Positions 45,340 through 59,291 are shown, counted from the first letter of the stretch. The stretch: 64,000 nt of DNA from a bacterium (GCA_031441465.1 JANOEP010000046.1:1-64000); one strand, 5' to 3'. Program-made: numbers and translations. Notes: generated by a model not told the origin, from the letters alone.

Positions 45340-46425
45340 TCAGCCCTCCAGGAGACGCAGGACGACGCGCTCGACGGCGTCGGGACCCTGCCAGGTGAGT
45401 TCCAGACCGACGGTGAACAACGGCGGCGCCCCGGACGGCCACACGTCCGACAATTTAACACGATCCTTGGCCGTGGTCAGCCAGCAGGCGGCGCCGCGCC
45501 GCGATCCCTCGGCCAGCAGGCGCGCGACCCGGCGGCGGTCGTAAGCGGCGTGGTCGGCACAGCGCACCGCCAGCACCGGCGGCGCGCCGCAGAGGCGCCC
45601 GCAAGCCCGTTCGAAGCGCTCGGGACGCGCGATGCCCGACACCACGGCGTAGGGCGCGCCCCGGTCGGGCGCCTTCCCGTCGGACCAGACCTCGCGGCGC
45701 GCGAAGGCCAGCACGACGACGCCCGCCGGCCCGCGCAGCTGCTCGTCCACGCCGTCGCGCGCTTCCACGAGCCAGAGGCGCGCGCGCGTGGCGCCCGCGA
45801 CGCTCTCGCGCCCCGGTCCCCAAGGTAGGCGACGCGCCGGCGAGGGGACGACCAGACCCGCAACCCGCTCCCAACGGTCCAGGACCAGCACGTCGAGGTG
45901 CCGCGGCAGACCGGCGGTCTGGTGCGCGTCTTCGAGCAGCACGAGGTCGCAGGCGGGATCGTCGCGCAGCAGGAAGTCGAGACCCTCCCGGCGGCGGCGC
46001 GACTGGATGATGGTCACTGCGGGCAGCGCGGCTGCCAGCAGCCTCGCTTCGTCGCCGCAGTTCGGGTCGCCTGGTTCCACGCGCAGGGGGCCCGCGGCGC
46101 GCCCCCCGTGGCCGCGGGTCAGTACGGCCACGCGCAGACCCGCGCCGCCCAGTCGCCGCACGAGATCCAGCACCACCGGGGTCTTGCCGGTGCCACCGGC
46201 GACGAGGTTGCCCACCGAGACCAGTCGGGGTCGCGCCGGCGGTTCGCCGCGCGAGGACAGACGACGGTGCAGTTCGTGGTCACCGCACGCGTCGGTCCAG
46301 GGCTCGATCCGGCCGGCGAGCCACGGCAAGCGGGGCTCCCAGCGCCGCCAGGCATCCTCGACGCGGGCGCGCACCCCGCCGCGCAGGTCCAGCATGTCGA
46401 CGTCGTGCCGCTCCCCGCCCGTCAC
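45340..46425 (-). CDS. lpxK: tetraacyldisaccharide 4'-kinase
   Basis: SVGNLVAGGTGKTP, GDEARLLA, EDAHQ, SGIARPERF, TTAKDRVKL. Confidence 0.88.
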   Translation of the reverse strand: MTGGERHDVDMLDLRGGVRARVEDAWRRWEPRLPWLAGRIEPWTDACGDHELHRRLSSRGEPPARPRLVSVGNLVAGGTGKTPVVLDLVRRLGGAGLRVAVLTRGHGGRAAGPLRVEPGDPNCGDEARLLAAALPAVTIIQSRRRREGLDFLLRDDPACDLVLLEDAHQTAGLPRHLDVLVLDRWERVAGLVVPSPARRLPWGPGRESVAGATRARLWLVEARDGVDEQLRGPAGVVVLAFARREVWSDGKAPDRGAPYAVVSGIARPERFERACGRLCGAPPVLAVRCADHAAYDRRRVARLLAEGSRRGAACWLTTAKDRVKLSDVWPSGAPPLFTVGLELTWQGPDAVERVVLRLLEG

Positions 46426-47042
46426 GCGCCGCCCCTCTCGCCGGTCAGCCACGACCCCAGCGCGGCGGTCGCCGCCGCGCAGGCCGCGGCGTCCGCCTCG
46501 CGGGGGACCGACACGTCCGCACCCTCCTCGATCGCCACCGACGCCCAGGGCAGCGGGACGATCGTCCGATCCCAGGTTCGCAGGGACAGGTGCCGCCCGG
46601 GCCGAGCACGCAGTGGCACGACCGGCGCGCCGGACAGGCGGGCCAGCAGGACCGCGCCCTCGCGGACGGTGCCGAAGGGCCCGCGCGGTCCGTCCACGGC
46701 GAGGCCGACGGCGCCGCCGCCGCGCAGGACTTCCAGCAGGGAGCGCAGGGCGTCGGCGCCGTCCTTGCCGGTCGAGCCCCGCACGAAGCCGAAGCCGTCG
46801 GGTCCGAGCGTGCGGATTAGGATGTCGCCGTCGCGGCTCTGGCTGACCAGCAGCGCAACCCGCGCCGGCAGCACGTGCAGGGCGGCGGGGATCAGGTCGC
46901 GGTGGAGGCTGGCGAAGATGACCGCGCCGCGGCGCGCCGTCCCGGCGGCGGGGTCGCGGCGCACGGTGGTCGCCAGCAGGCGCCAGGCGGGCCTCGCCAG
47001 AGCGAGCTTCAGCGCCTGCACCCGGCCCAAGCCGGCGTTCAT
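46422..47042 (-). CDS. DUF374 / lysophospholipid acyltransferase-family protein
   Basis: LVSQSRDG, VRGST, AVDGPRGP, WDRTIVPLPW. Confidence 0.8.
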   Translation of the reverse strand: MNAGLGRVQALKLALARPAWRLLATTVRRDPAAGTARRGAVIFASLHRDLIPAALHVLPARVALLVSQSRDGDILIRTLGPDGFGFVRGSTGKDGADALRSLLEVLRGGGAVGLAVDGPRGPFGTVREGAVLLARLSGAPVVPLRARPGRHLSLRTWDRTIVPLPWASVAIEEGADVSVPREADAAACAAATAALGSWLTGERGGA

Positions 47043-48223
47043 CGTCCGACTCCGGTCCGCTCGCGCCAGAGGGACACGACCGCGTCGGCGGCGCGGTCCC
47101 AGAATCCGGCGCCGCCGAGGCGCGCGCGCAGTTCGTCCACGCCGGCGGCGAAGTGTGCCCTTCGCGCGTCGGAAGCGAGCCAATCGCGCAGGTCGGCGGC
47201 CAGGGCGTCGGGCCGCGCCGCGTCCTGGACGAACTCGCGCACCAAGGGGCTTTCGCGGGGACGCTCCAGCACCAGGTTGGCCAGCCCGATCCAATCCAGG
47301 CGCACCAGCCGGCGAGCCAGGGCGTAAGTCAGCGGCGAGGTGCGGTAGACCAGGGCGTGCGGCACGCCGGCCAGAGCGACCTCGAGCGAGGCCGTCCCGC
47401 TACAGACCAGCGCCAGATCGAGGTCGCGGGTCAGGGAGGCGAGCGGCTCCTCGCTGACGCGCAGGCCCGCCCCGGGATCGTCCGGCACGGGCGCCCCGGG
47501 TGCGCGGCTGACGACACCCTGGAAGACGCGGCTCGGCGAGCCCGCCTGCAGCTGGACGAAGGCCTCGCGCAGCACCGGCAGCAAGGCGCGCACCTCCTGG
47601 GCGCGGCTGCCCGGCAGCAGGCCGACCGTCAACGGCGCCGCGGGATCGCGCCGGCGTTCTTCGCGCCGCCGCAACGCGCGGTCGACCTCCGGCTGGGGGT
47701 GGTCCTCGACCAGGGGATGGCCGAGGGACACGGCGGGGATGCCGCGATCGCGGAAATAGCGCTCCTCGAAGGGCAGCACGACCCCGAGGCGATCCACCGC
47801 GCGGCGCACGCCGCCGGCGCGCCAGGCGCCCCAGGCCCAAAGCTGCGGGGCGATCAGGTAGAACACGGGCACTCCGGCGGTGCGGGCGTGACGGGCCAGA
47901 CCGAGGTTGAAGCCGGGATAGTCGACGGGCAGGAAGAGGTCCACGTCGCCGCCCGACAGCAGCGCGCGCAGCCGACGGCGGGCGGCCAGCAACGGCCGCA
48001 GCGCCGCGAACACCTCGGCCAGCCCCATCACCGACAACCCGTCGGACGGCTGCACGATGTCGGCGCCGGCCGCGCGCAGCGCCTCACCGCCCAGAGCCGA
48101 GAAGCGCGCGGCGGGCAGGCGCTCGCGCAGGGCCGTCAGCAACGCCGCGCCGTAGCGGTCGCCGCTCGCCTCGCCGCAGGACAGCAGGATGTGGGGAGAC
48201 GTGGAGGCCGGGCGGGTCGTCAC
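47039..48223 (-). CDS. lpxB: lipid-A-disaccharide synthase
   Basis: GEASGD, VDYPGFN, PQLWAW, LLPGSRAQE, SGTASLE. Confidence 0.93.
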   Translation of the reverse strand: MTTRPASTSPHILLSCGEASGDRYGAALLTALRERLPAARFSALGGEALRAAGADIVQPSDGLSVMGLAEVFAALRPLLAARRRLRALLSGGDVDLFLPVDYPGFNLGLARHARTAGVPVFYLIAPQLWAWGAWRAGGVRRAVDRLGVVLPFEERYFRDRGIPAVSLGHPLVEDHPQPEVDRALRRREERRRDPAAPLTVGLLPGSRAQEVRALLPVLREAFVQLQAGSPSRVFQGVVSRAPGAPVPDDPGAGLRVSEEPLASLTRDLDLALVCSGTASLEVALAGVPHALVYRTSPLTYALARRLVRLDWIGLANLVLERPRESPLVREFVQDAARPDALAADLRDWLASDARRAHFAAGVDELRARLGGAGFWDRAADAVVSLWRERTGVGR

Positions 48224-48285
48224 CGGTTTCCCCCGGGATCCGACGGCGGCCGCGGAGCCGCCGTCTCCGGTTGCGCGGGCCGCCG

Positions 48286-49107
48286 TCAGCGGACGATGCC
48301 GCGCTCGGAACGGCGGATGAAGGCCATCAATTCCTCGATGTAGGGATCGAGGGCGCAGTCCAGGGCGATCCGCTCGAGCGCCTGGCTCACGTTCAGGCCG
48401 CTGCGGAACAGCAGGCGGTAGGCGGTCTTGAGGTTCATCAACGTCGCCTCGTCGAAGCCGCGGCGCTTCAGGCCGACGCTGTTGAGGCCGTGGACCTCCA
48501 CCGGATTGCCCGCGACCCGGATGTAGGGGGCCACGTCCTGGGCCATGCGGCTGCCGCCGCCGATGAAGGCGTGCTCGCCGATGCGCACGAACTGGTGGAC
48601 GGGCGTCATGCCGCCGACGATCGCCCAGCGGCCGATCTCCACGTGCCCGGCCAGGTTCACCGCGTTGGCCAGGATGCAGTGGTCCTGGATCAGGCAGTTG
48701 TGGGCCACGTGCACGTAGGCCATCAGCATGTTGCCGTCGCCGATGCGGGTCTTCTCGTTCTCGCCGGTCGCCAGGTGGACGGTGACGAACTCGCGGATGA
48801 CGTTGTTGTCGCCGATCTCGATGTGGCTGAGTTCGCCGCGGTACTTGAGGTCCTGCGGCTCGGTGCCGATGACCGCGCCGTGGAACACGCGGTTGCCGCG
48901 ACCGAGCGTGGTGTGGCCGTCGACCAGGACCGAGGAGCCGATCTCGCACTCGGGTCCGATCTCGACGTGGGGACCGATGATGGCGAACGGGCCCACCTTG
49001 ACGCCGTGCCCGAGGCGCGCGTCGGGATGGACCACCGCGGTCGGGTGGATCTCGGGCGGACGGACCGGCCTGATCTCGCCCGCGCGCTTGATGATCGGAG
49101 TCGCCAC
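48286..49107 (-). CDS. lpxA: UDP-N-acetylglucosamine O-acyltransferase
   Basis: IHPTAVV, PQDLKY, HVAHNC, HQFVRIG, GLNSVGLKRRGF. Confidence 0.95.
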   Translation of the reverse strand: MATPIIKRAGEIRPVRPPEIHPTAVVHPDARLGHGVKVGPFAIIGPHVEIGPECEIGSSVLVDGHTTLGRGNRVFHGAVIGTEPQDLKYRGELSHIEIGDNNVIREFVTVHLATGENEKTRIGDGNMLMAYVHVAHNCLIQDHCILANAVNLAGHVEIGRWAIVGGMTPVHQFVRIGEHAFIGGGSRMAQDVAPYIRVAGNPVEVHGLNSVGLKRRGFDEATLMNLKTAYRLLFRSGLNVSQALERIALDCALDPYIEELMAFIRRSERGIVR

Positions 49108-49129
49108 GATGAACCCTCCCCGGGACCGT

Positions 49130-50443
49130 TCAGCGGTCCACGATCGTCGACATGAGGTCGGCCTCGGCCACCAGTTCGCCGTCCACGTAGGCGCATCCCC
49201 GCATCTTGCAGAGGGGGCCCCGCAACTTCACGAGTTCCAGTTCGAACCGGATCTGGTCGCCGGGTGTGACCGGCCGGCGGAATCTTGCACCGTCGATGCC
49301 GCTGAAGTAAACAAGTTTCGTCTCCGGATGGTCGACGCTGCTCATCAGCAGCACGCCGCCGACCTGGGCCATCGCCTCGGTGATCAGGACCGCCGGCATG
49401 ATCGGATGACCCGGGAAGTGGCCCACGAAGAACGGCTCGTTGATCGTCACGTTCTTGAGACCCACGACGCGCTTGCCGATCTCCAGCTCCAGGATCCGGT
49501 CCACCAGCAGCAGCGGGTAGCGGTGCGGCATCACCTTCATGATCGAGGCGATGTCCCAGTAGGCGGGCGCGCGCGGCGGGTAGATCCGCGTGCCGCGACG
49601 CTCGCGTTCCGCGAGCAGGGACGCCAGCCGGATGTTGGCGTCGTGGCCGGAGCGCCGCGCCGTCACGTGGCCCTGCAGGGGCACGCCGACGAGCGCCAGA
49701 TCGCCGATCAGGTCCAGGATCTTGTGGCGGACGAACTCGTCCGGGAACCGCAGCGGCGAGTCGTTGAGCAGCTGCCCGTCAGCCACGACCATCGCGTTCT
49801 CCAGCGTGCCGCCCTTGCCCAGCCCCATGGCCTTGAGCTTCTCGACGTCGCGTTGCAGCGCGAAGGTGCGGCAGGGGGCGATCTCGTGCCGGTAGACGTC
49901 CGGCGTGATCAGGAAGGAGGCGACCTGCACCCCGATCAGGGGGTCGTCGTAGTCGATGTGGAAGGTGATGCGCAGCCCGTCGTCCGGGACGGCCTCCAGC
50001 GACACGTCCCCGTCGCGGAAGCTGACGGGCACCTCGACCCGGTGGAAGGCCGCCGGCAGACCCTGGTCCACGATCACGGCCTGGTCGATCATGGCCACGA
50101 AATCGAGCGTGCTGCCGGCGCGGGGCTCCGGGGGCTCGGGCCCGTCCAGCTCGACGTAGCAGTTGGTGACGCCCATGCCGCTCAGGGCGGACAGGACGTG
50201 CTCCACGGTCAGGATCCGGGCGCCGTCGCGTTCGAGCGTGGTGTTGCGCACGCCGTGGTGGCCCACCGGCACGCACTCGGAGCGGGCCGGGATCTCCACC
50301 TGGCCGTGCGGACCAGGCACGCGGAACACCAGGCCGGTGTTGGGCGGCGCCGGACAGAAGGCGACCGTGGCCTCGGAGCCGGAATGCAGCCCCCGTCCGG
50401 TCATCGCCACGCGGCGGCCCAGCGTCTTCTGCAGGATCAGCAC
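49130..50443 (-). CDS. lpxC/fabZ: bifunctional LpxC/FabZ
   Basis: [28 protein letters not shown] (LpxC); [20 protein letters not shown] (FabZ). Confidence 0.94.
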   Translation of the reverse strand: MLILQKTLGRRVAMTGRGLHSGSEATVAFCPAPPNTGLVFRVPGPHGQVEIPARSECVPVGHHGVRNTTLERDGARILTVEHVLSALSGMGVTNCYVELDGPEPPEPRAGSTLDFVAMIDQAVIVDQGLPAAFHRVEVPVSFRDGDVSLEAVPDDGLRITFHIDYDDPLIGVQVASFLITPDVYRHEIAPCRTFALQRDVEKLKAMGLGKGGTLENAMVVADGQLLNDSPLRFPDEFVRHKILDLIGDLALVGVPLQGHVTARRSGHDANIRLASLLAERERRGTRIYPPRAPAYWDIASIMKVMPHRYPLLLVDRILELEIGKRVVGLKNVTINEPFFVGHFPGHPIMPAVLITEAMAQVGGVLLMSSVDHPETKLVYFSGIDGARFRRPVTPGDQIRFELELVKLRGPLCKMRGCAYVDGELVAEADLMSTIVDR

Positions 50444-50444
50444 G

Positions 50445-51479
50445 TCAGTCCTTCTCCCCTTCGTGCCGGCGGCCCAGCGCGGCCTCGACCTTCGCCAGGC
50501 GCTGGAACAGCTCGGGCAATCGGTGCGTGAGGGCCACGACCTTGAATCCCTTGCGGAACTCGATCGCCGGGTAGCCGAAGATCGACTGGCCGGCGGGAAC
50601 GTCGCGGGTGATCCCGCTCTTGGCCGCCACCTTGACCCCGTCGCCCAGGGCGAGGTGGTCGGCCATGCCGACCTGCCCGCCGAGCGTCACCCCGTCGCCC
50701 AGGCGGCAGCTGCCCGAGATCCCGCTCTGGGCCGAGATCGCGCAGTGGCTGCCCAGGGACACGTTGTGGGCGATCTGGACCAGGTTGTCCAGCTTGGTCC
50801 CTTCGCCGATACTGGTCACGCCGGTGGTGGCGCGGTCGATGCACGTGTTGGCGCCGACTTCCACCCGCGAGCCGAGCATCACGATCCCGATCTGCGGGAT
50901 CTTGACGAGGCCCGCCCGACCCGGATGGTAGCCGAAACCGTCGCTGCCGACCACGGCTCCGCCGTGCAGGATCACCTCGTCGCCCAGGACGCAGCGCTCG
51001 CGCACCTGCGCCGCCGCGTGCAGCAGGCAGCGCTCGCCCAGGACCGCGTCGGCCTCGACCACCACGTGGGGTCCCAGCCGGCAGCCCGCGCCGATCCTGG
51101 CGCCCGGACCCACCACGCAGTAGGGCCCCAGGGCGACATCCGGGGCCAGCTCGGCCGTCGGGTCCACCACGGCGGTCGGATGCCGCCCGTCCGGGAACAC
51201 GCGCGCCAGGGGCGGCGCGAACAGCGCCAGCAACTGGCTGAAGGCGGCCCGGGGATCGGCGGCCCGCAGCACCGGCAACGGGCAAGGCACGCCGGGACGC
51301 GCCACGACGGCGGCGGCCCGGGTGCCGGCGAGGCCGGCCTCGCGCTTGCGGTCGACCGCGAAGGTGAGGTCACCGGGACCGGCGTCCTCGAAACCCGCCA
51401 CGCCCCGGATCTCCGGATCGGCCGCACCTTCCCAGGGAAGGCCCAGTCGTTGCGCCAGTTCGCTCAGTCGGTAACCCAT
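50445..51479 (-). CDS. lpxD: UDP-3-O-acylglucosamine N-acyltransferase
   Basis: [31 protein letters not shown]. Confidence 0.95.
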   Translation of the reverse strand: MGYRLSELAQRLGLPWEGAADPEIRGVAGFEDAGPGDLTFAVDRKREAGLAGTRAAAVVARPGVPCPLPVLRAADPRAAFSQLLALFAPPLARVFPDGRHPTAVVDPTAELAPDVALGPYCVVGPGARIGAGCRLGPHVVVEADAVLGERCLLHAAAQVRERCVLGDEVILHGGAVVGSDGFGYHPGRAGLVKIPQIGIVMLGSRVEVGANTCIDRATTGVTSIGEGTKLDNLVQIAHNVSLGSHCAISAQSGISGSCRLGDGVTLGGQVGMADHLALGDGVKVAAKSGITRDVPAGQSIFGYPAIEFRKGFKVVALTHRLPELFQRLAKVEAALGRRHEGEKD

Positions 51480-51610
51480 GCGGCCGGATCCCCGATCACG
51501 AAACGACCCCGCTCCATCCGGGTTGCGAACGAAGGGGGGCGCGTCGCTCGTTGAAAAAGACGATCAAAATGTCGTGCTGCAGGCCCGCCGTGTCAACTGA
51601 AAACACGTCA

Positions 51611-52147
51611 TCATTTTTCCGTGCCGCTGACCAGGGCCGTCAGGACTTCATCCGTCAGATCGACATCCGCGTCGATGTACAGCGTGGTCAGGGAAGCGGC
51701 ATCCACGATGATCCCGTACCCCTGTTCCTTGCCGATGCGCTCGGCGATGAGCTTCACCTGGTCGATGATGGGCTGGATCTTGGCCTTGTATTCGCCCTCG
51801 GCGCGGCCCTCGAGGCCCTGCCGGAACTGGTAGTAGTCCGCTTTCTGGCTCTCGAATTCCTGCATCTTCGCGCGCAGGGCGTCCTCCCCCAGCAGCATGC
51901 GCTGGCTTTCGATCTGCTCGGCGGCGCGCTGCAGGTCCTTTTCGCGGTCGCTGATGTCCTGCTCCAGGCCCTGCAGGAACTTCTGGTACTGGGCCTGCGC
52001 GTCGCGGGCCACGCCGTACTCCTGGACGATGCGCTCGGAGTCGACCACCGCCAGGGGCTTGGCCTCCTTGGCGGCGGCGCCGAGGGGCGCCAGCAGGCAG
52101 AACAGGCACAGCGCGACGGCGGTGCGGAAAATCAGGATGCGGCTCAT
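51611..52147 (-). CDS. skp: periplasmic chaperone Skp/OmpH
   Basis: signal peptide, AVVDSERI, coiled coil, DLTDEVL; between bamA and lpxD. Confidence 0.88.
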   Translation of the reverse strand: MSRILIFRTAVALCLFCLLAPLGAAAKEAKPLAVVDSERIVQEYGVARDAQAQYQKFLQGLEQDISDREKDLQRAAEQIESQRMLLGEDALRAKMQEFESQKADYYQFRQGLEGRAEGEYKAKIQPIIDQVKLIAERIGKEQGYGIIVDAASLTTLYIDADVDLTDEVLTALVSGTEK

Positions 52148-52184
52148 GGTACCTCCGGCGCCGAGGGGCGCGTTGTCCGGCGTC

Positions 52185-54488
52185 CTAGAAGAAGGTGCCG
52201 AAGTTGAAGTGCGGCTCCCAGCCGGCCCCGCCGGCGCGGTCGAACCCGTAACCGTAGTCGAAGCCGATCGTGCCCATCATGGGCACCTCCACGCGCACGC
52301 CGAAGCCGGCGCCCTTGCGGAGATTCGTGAAGTCGGCCTCGGTGAAGCTGTTCCAGGTATCGCCCTGGTCGACGAAACCTAGCAGTTGGACGGCCTTCGT
52401 CAAGGGATAGAGGATTTCGGCGTTCATGATCGTGTAGAAACGCCCGCCGATGAAGCCGGGATTGCCGCGGGGCACGACCTCCAGATCGCGGTACCCGCGC
52501 AACGGGTAGATCCGGTTACCCCCGAGGCGGAACTTCTCGTAGTCCGGCACGCCGTCCGCCGTGCCCAGGCCCACGATCAGGCCCAGCGAGGTGCGCAGGT
52601 TCAGGGCGAAGCCCCCGGGCAGTTTCTGGAAGTAGGACTGCTTGAGTTCGTGCTTGTGGTAGTCGATCTCGCCCCCGAGCAGGCCGCCGGACACCTCGGC
52701 GCTGTAGGTGGTCTTCGAGCCCTGCGTCGGGAAGAAGGGATTGTCGGTGGAATTGCGCGACAGGCTCAGGGTGATGGCGCTCTTGGTGCGGGGCCAGTCG
52801 ACCTCGTCGAGGCGCTCGTAGGGGATGTCGTCGGCGCCGATCTGGTCCTCGAGCACGTCGAGGTAGTTGACGTAGGCCGAACTGAAGTTCGACAGGCGCG
52901 TCTCGGACAGCTCGTAGCGCAGGCCGACCCGCGAATAGCGGGTGCCGGGGATGCGGCGGCCGAGGCGCAGGGCGAGACCCTTGACGCGGCTCTCGTAGAA
53001 GTCGTCGAAGTTGTACTGGTAGCGGTCGAAGAGGTCGGCGCCGACCAGCGTCGGCGTGCCGCGGAACCAGGGCTCGGTGAAGTTCAGATCGACGTAGCGC
53101 TGCCGCGAGCCGAACTGCCAGGCCACGCCCAGGTTCTGCCCCTTGCCGCGGAAGTTGGTCTCCTGGACCTGGATGAAGCCGGTCGCCGAGGTCTGCGCGC
53201 TGTAGGCCATGCCGAAGGAGAACTGGCCGGTCTGCTTCTCCTTGACCTTCATCACCAGGTCGATGTCGCCCTCGGTGTCCGCGGGCGCGAAGTCGACCTG
53301 CACGTCCTCGAAGAATCCCAGCTGGAAGATGTCCCGCTGCGAGAGGCCGACCAGGGAGTTGCTGAACACGTCGCCGGGGAAGACCTGCATCTCGCGCAGG
53401 ACCACCGCGTCGTGCGTCTTGAGGTTGTCGACGACCTGGACGTTGCGCACGTGCGCCGGGGATCCTTCCTGGAAGCGGAACGTGAGGCCGACCACCTGCT
53501 CGCGGATGTGCCGCTCCGGCTCGATCGTGATGTAGATGTAGCCGGAATCCCAGTACAGCGCGTGCAGGGCCTGCAGCGTCTCCTGGTATTCGCCTTCGCG
53601 GAAGGTCTGCCCCTTCTCCAGCGTGATCAGGCGCGCCACGGCGATGTCGTCGTAGACGACGTTCCCCTCCCAGTTCACGTCGCCGACGCTGTAGAGCGGG
53701 CCCTCGGCGACCCGCAGGGTCAGGTCGACCTTCTCGCGGTCCTCCACGAACGCCAGCTCGTCGGCTTCGACCGTCGCGTCGAGGTAGCCGTGGTCCTGAT
53801 ACCAGGCGACGATCCGCGCCTTGTCCTCCTCGAACTGCTGCTTCTTGAAGGTCGAACTCTTCAGGAACCCGCCCGTGGACTGCTTCATCTGCTTGCGCAG
53901 CTGCTCGTCGGAGAAGACCGCGTTGCCCTCGAACTCGATGCGTCGCGCCTTGATCTTGCCGCCCTCGTCGATCGTCACCACGACCGTCTCGAGGTTGCCG
54001 GCGTCCACCGTCGAGGAATCGAGGTGGGCGGACATGCTGTAGTAGCCCTTCTCCTGGTAGATGACGCGCAGCGGCTCGAGTTCGCGGGTCAGGACCGCGG
54101 GGTTGGCGAACTGGCCCACGGCCGGTGGGTAGGCCGTGCGCAGGTCCTCCTCCTTGACCTTGTCGTTGCCGCGGAAGACCACCTGCCGGATGCGGGGGAA
54201 CTCCTGGAGGTTGATCGTGAGCCGCACGCCGGCAGGGTCGTCCTGGCGGTAGACCCGCACGTCGGAGAACTTGCCGGTGGCGAAGAGGTTGCGGATGGCC
54301 GCGGCCACCAGATCGGCCGAGTATTCGCGCCCCTCCTCCAGTTCCGACCACGACGCCACCTGGCGCGCGCCGACGGTCCGGGCGCCGACCACGTCGATGG
54401 CGGTGATCGGTGAGGCTGCGGCCGCACCCGCCAGGCAGGCGGCGGCGATCGCCAGGGCGGCCGCGCGCAGGGTCCAGTGGAGATTCAT
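52185..54488 (-). CDS. bamA: outer membrane protein assembly factor BamA
   Basis: POTRA repeats, ETNFRGKGQ, FTEPW, LRGY, C-terminal FNFGTFF. Confidence 0.95.
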   Translation of the reverse strand: MNLHWTLRAAALAIAAACLAGAAAASPITAIDVVGARTVGARQVASWSELEEGREYSADLVAAAIRNLFATGKFSDVRVYRQDDPAGVRLTINLQEFPRIRQVVFRGNDKVKEEDLRTAYPPAVGQFANPAVLTRELEPLRVIYQEKGYYSMSAHLDSSTVDAGNLETVVVTIDEGGKIKARRIEFEGNAVFSDEQLRKQMKQSTGGFLKSSTFKKQQFEEDKARIVAWYQDHGYLDATVEADELAFVEDREKVDLTLRVAEGPLYSVGDVNWEGNVVYDDIAVARLITLEKGQTFREGEYQETLQALHALYWDSGYIYITIEPERHIREQVVGLTFRFQEGSPAHVRNVQVVDNLKTHDAVVLREMQVFPGDVFSNSLVGLSQRDIFQLGFFEDVQVDFAPADTEGDIDLVMKVKEKQTGQFSFGMAYSAQTSATGFIQVQETNFRGKGQNLGVAWQFGSRQRYVDLNFTEPWFRGTPTLVGADLFDRYQYNFDDFYESRVKGLALRLGRRIPGTRYSRVGLRYELSETRLSNFSSAYVNYLDVLEDQIGADDIPYERLDEVDWPRTKSAITLSLSRNSTDNPFFPTQGSKTTYSAEVSGGLLGGEIDYHKHELKQSYFQKLPGGFALNLRTSLGLIVGLGTADGVPDYEKFRLGGNRIYPLRGYRDLEVVPRGNPGFIGGRFYTIMNAEILYPLTKAVQLLGFVDQGDTWNSFTEADFTNLRKGAGFGVRVEVPMMGTIGFDYGYGFDRAGGAGWEPHFNFGTFF

Positions 54489-54695
54489 CCCGTCTTTCCG
54501 GTTCGAGGTCCGGGGCAGCCGTGGAAAACCGGGGCATGGTAGCAGAGGGTGCGCTCCCCGGCAACAGCGCAGCGCGCCGCCGGCGGTTCAACATGCGGCC
54601 GCCTGCGGGGTTCCACCGAATGTGGACACCGGCGCCCCCGAACGCAAGAGCGGGAAGCCGTCGGCTCCCCGCCCTGGGTCCCGTTGCGGTTCGGG

Positions 54696-57176
<2,481 letters not shown>

Positions 57177-57330
57177 GCTCTCGCGCCTCCGTTCGCCGTA
57201 CTGGCCGCCAAGCGGCGGGGGACCGTCCGGTCACCGCGCTCAATATACAGCAGGCCGCCCGCCGGGACCACCGGCGGGGGTGCTCCCGGACGTTATCGGT
57301 CGGCGCCGGAGGGGCTTGAGCCTGCGATGG

Positions 57331-58023
57331 TCAACCGAGACCGGCGGGGGCCGCCGCCAGTCGCCCGTCGCGCAGTTCGAGGATGCGGTCGGCGCGGGCG
57401 GCCAGGGTCAGGTCGTGGGTCACCACGATCAGGGAGCAGCCTTCGTCGCGGCCCAGGGACAGCAGCAGGTCGGCCAGTTCGCGGCCCTTCTGCAGGTCGA
57501 GGTTGCCGAAGGGTTCGTCGGCGAGCACGAGCCGCGGCGCGTTCATGTAGGCGCGGGCCACGGCGACGCGCTGCTGTTCGCCGCCGGACAGCTCGCCCGG
57601 GAGGTGCTCGGCGCGGTCGGCCAGGCCCATCCGCTCCAGCAGCGCCAGCGCCCGCTCTTGCGCCGCCGGGCCGGCCGCGCCGCGCAGCCGCGCCGGCATC
57701 AAGACATTTTCCAGGGCGGAGAAGTCGGGCAGCAGGAAATGGAACTGGAAGACGAACCCGACGTGGCCGCGGCGCCAGTCGGCCCAACCGTCGGGATTCA
57801 GACCGGTCAGCGGTTCCCCGTCGTAGAGGACTTCGCCGGCGGTCGGGGCGTCCAGGCCGCTGACCAGGTTCAGGAAGGTGCTCTTGCCGGCGCCGCTCGG
57901 GCCGATGATGGCGACGTTCTCCCCGGGAGCCAGCGCGAATTCGCAGCCCTGCAGGACGGTCACGATCCCCCCGGTGCGGGGGAAACTCTTGTCCAGCCGG
58001 CGGGCTTCGAGGATGGGTGCCAC
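57331..58023 (-). CDS. lolD: lipoprotein-releasing ABC transporter ATPase
   Basis: [31 protein letters not shown]; adjacent to permease. Confidence 0.85.
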   Translation of the reverse strand: MAPILEARRLDKSFPRTGGIVTVLQGCEFALAPGENVAIIGPSGAGKSTFLNLVSGLDAPTAGEVLYDGEPLTGLNPDGWADWRRGHVGFVFQFHFLLPDFSALENVLMPARLRGAAGPAAQERALALLERMGLADRAEHLPGELSGGEQQRVAVARAYMNAPRLVLADEPFGNLDLQKGRELADLLLSLGRDEGCSLIVVTHDLTLAARADRILELRDGRLAAAPAGLG

Positions 58024-58033
58024 CGTCGCCTCT

Positions 58034-59284
58034 CTAGGTGTAGCGGATGATGTCCATGGGCCGCAGGCGGGCGGCCTCGCCGCTGGGCAGCAGCGTCGCC
58101 AGCAGGGTGATCACCAGCGCGGCCGCGGCCACGCCCAGGAAATCGCCCGTCTGGGCCACGACCGGCACGTGGTCCATGAAGTAGACGTCGCCGGGAATGC
58201 GGATCCCGATCCGGTCGAGGTACACGGTGCCCAGCCAGCCCAGCAGCGTCCCGAGCGCCGTGCCCCAGAAACCCACGTAGCAGCCCTCGATCAGGAAGAT
58301 CGTCTGGATCTGGCGGCGCCGGGCGCCCATGGACAGCAGGATGCCGATCTCGCGCCGCCGCTCGCCCACCATCATGGTCAGGATGCCGACGATGTTGAAG
58401 GCCGCGACCAGGATGACCAGTCCCAGCAGCAGGAACATCATGACCTTCTCGTAACGGACCCAGTCGAACAGGTTGCGGTTCAGGGCGATCCAGTCGTTGG
58501 CGGCGTAGTCGAAGGGGCCCAGCTCCCGGCGGATCGCCTCGCCGAGTTCGGGCGCCGCCATCATGTCGCTGGCGCGCACGCCGACCGCCGTCGCGCCGCC
58601 GGGCGCGTAGCCGAAAAACTCCTGCGCGGCCGCCAGCGGCATGTAGACGAAGCGGGCGTCGAAGTCGTAGAGGCCGGTGTCCAGGAAGCCGGCGACCACG
58701 AAGCGCCGGCTCTCGGAGGTGAGGTTCTGCAGGTCGAGCTCGCCGCGGGGCGCGGTGATCACCAGGGTATCGCCGAGGCCCGCGTAGAGCGAGGCGGCCA
58801 GCTCGGCGCCCACGACCACCGCCGGCATGCCGGTGCCGCCGCGCAGGGCCCGCAGGCTGCCCTCGGGCGGCAGCAGGTGCCGCGACAGGGGGGTCACCGT
58901 CTCCTGCAGGTCGGGCTCGACGCCCCAGACCACGGCGGCGCGGTGCTGGGCCGGCACGCCCCGCCGTCCGAAGCTGGCGACCACCTCCTGGCGGACGAAG
59001 GGGGCCACGCCCTCCACGCCGGGCACGGCGCCGATGCGGTCCATGATCGCGCCCACGTCCTGCATGCCCTCGGGCCGGGTCGAGACGATCGTCACCATGG
59101 GCATGTTGTCGACGAAGGTGCGGCGCAGCTCGACGTGCAGCCCGTTCATGATCGCCAGCGTCAGGTCCAGGACCATGACGCCGATCGTGATGCCGGCGAT
59201 GGCCGTCACCGTGACCCGGTTCACGAACCGGGAACGGCGACGGCTGCGCAGGTGGCGGCGGGCGATGTAGGCGGCGAAGCGCAT
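58034..59284 (-). CDS. lipoprotein-releasing ABC transporter permease LolC/E
   Basis: IARRHLRSRR, IMNG, VAAFNIV..LTMMV.ERRREIGIL, PSGEAARLRP. Confidence 0.88.
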   Translation of the reverse strand: MRFAAYIARRHLRSRRRSRFVNRVTVTAIAGITIGVMVLDLTLAIMNGLHVELRRTFVDNMPMVTIVSTRPEGMQDVGAIMDRIGAVPGVEGVAPFVRQEVVASFGRRGVPAQHRAAVVWGVEPDLQETVTPLSRHLLPPEGSLRALRGGTGMPAVVVGAELAASLYAGLGDTLVITAPRGELDLQNLTSESRRFVVAGFLDTGLYDFDARFVYMPLAAAQEFFGYAPGGATAVGVRASDMMAAPELGEAIRRELGPFDYAANDWIALNRNLFDWVRYEKVMMFLLLGLVILVAAFNIVGILTMMVGERRREIGILLSMGARRRQIQTIFLIEGCYVGFWGTALGTLLGWLGTVYLDRIGIRIPGDVYFMDHVPVVAQTGDFLGVAAAALVITLLATLLPSGEAARLRPMDIIRYT

Positions 59285-59291
59285 GTCCCGC

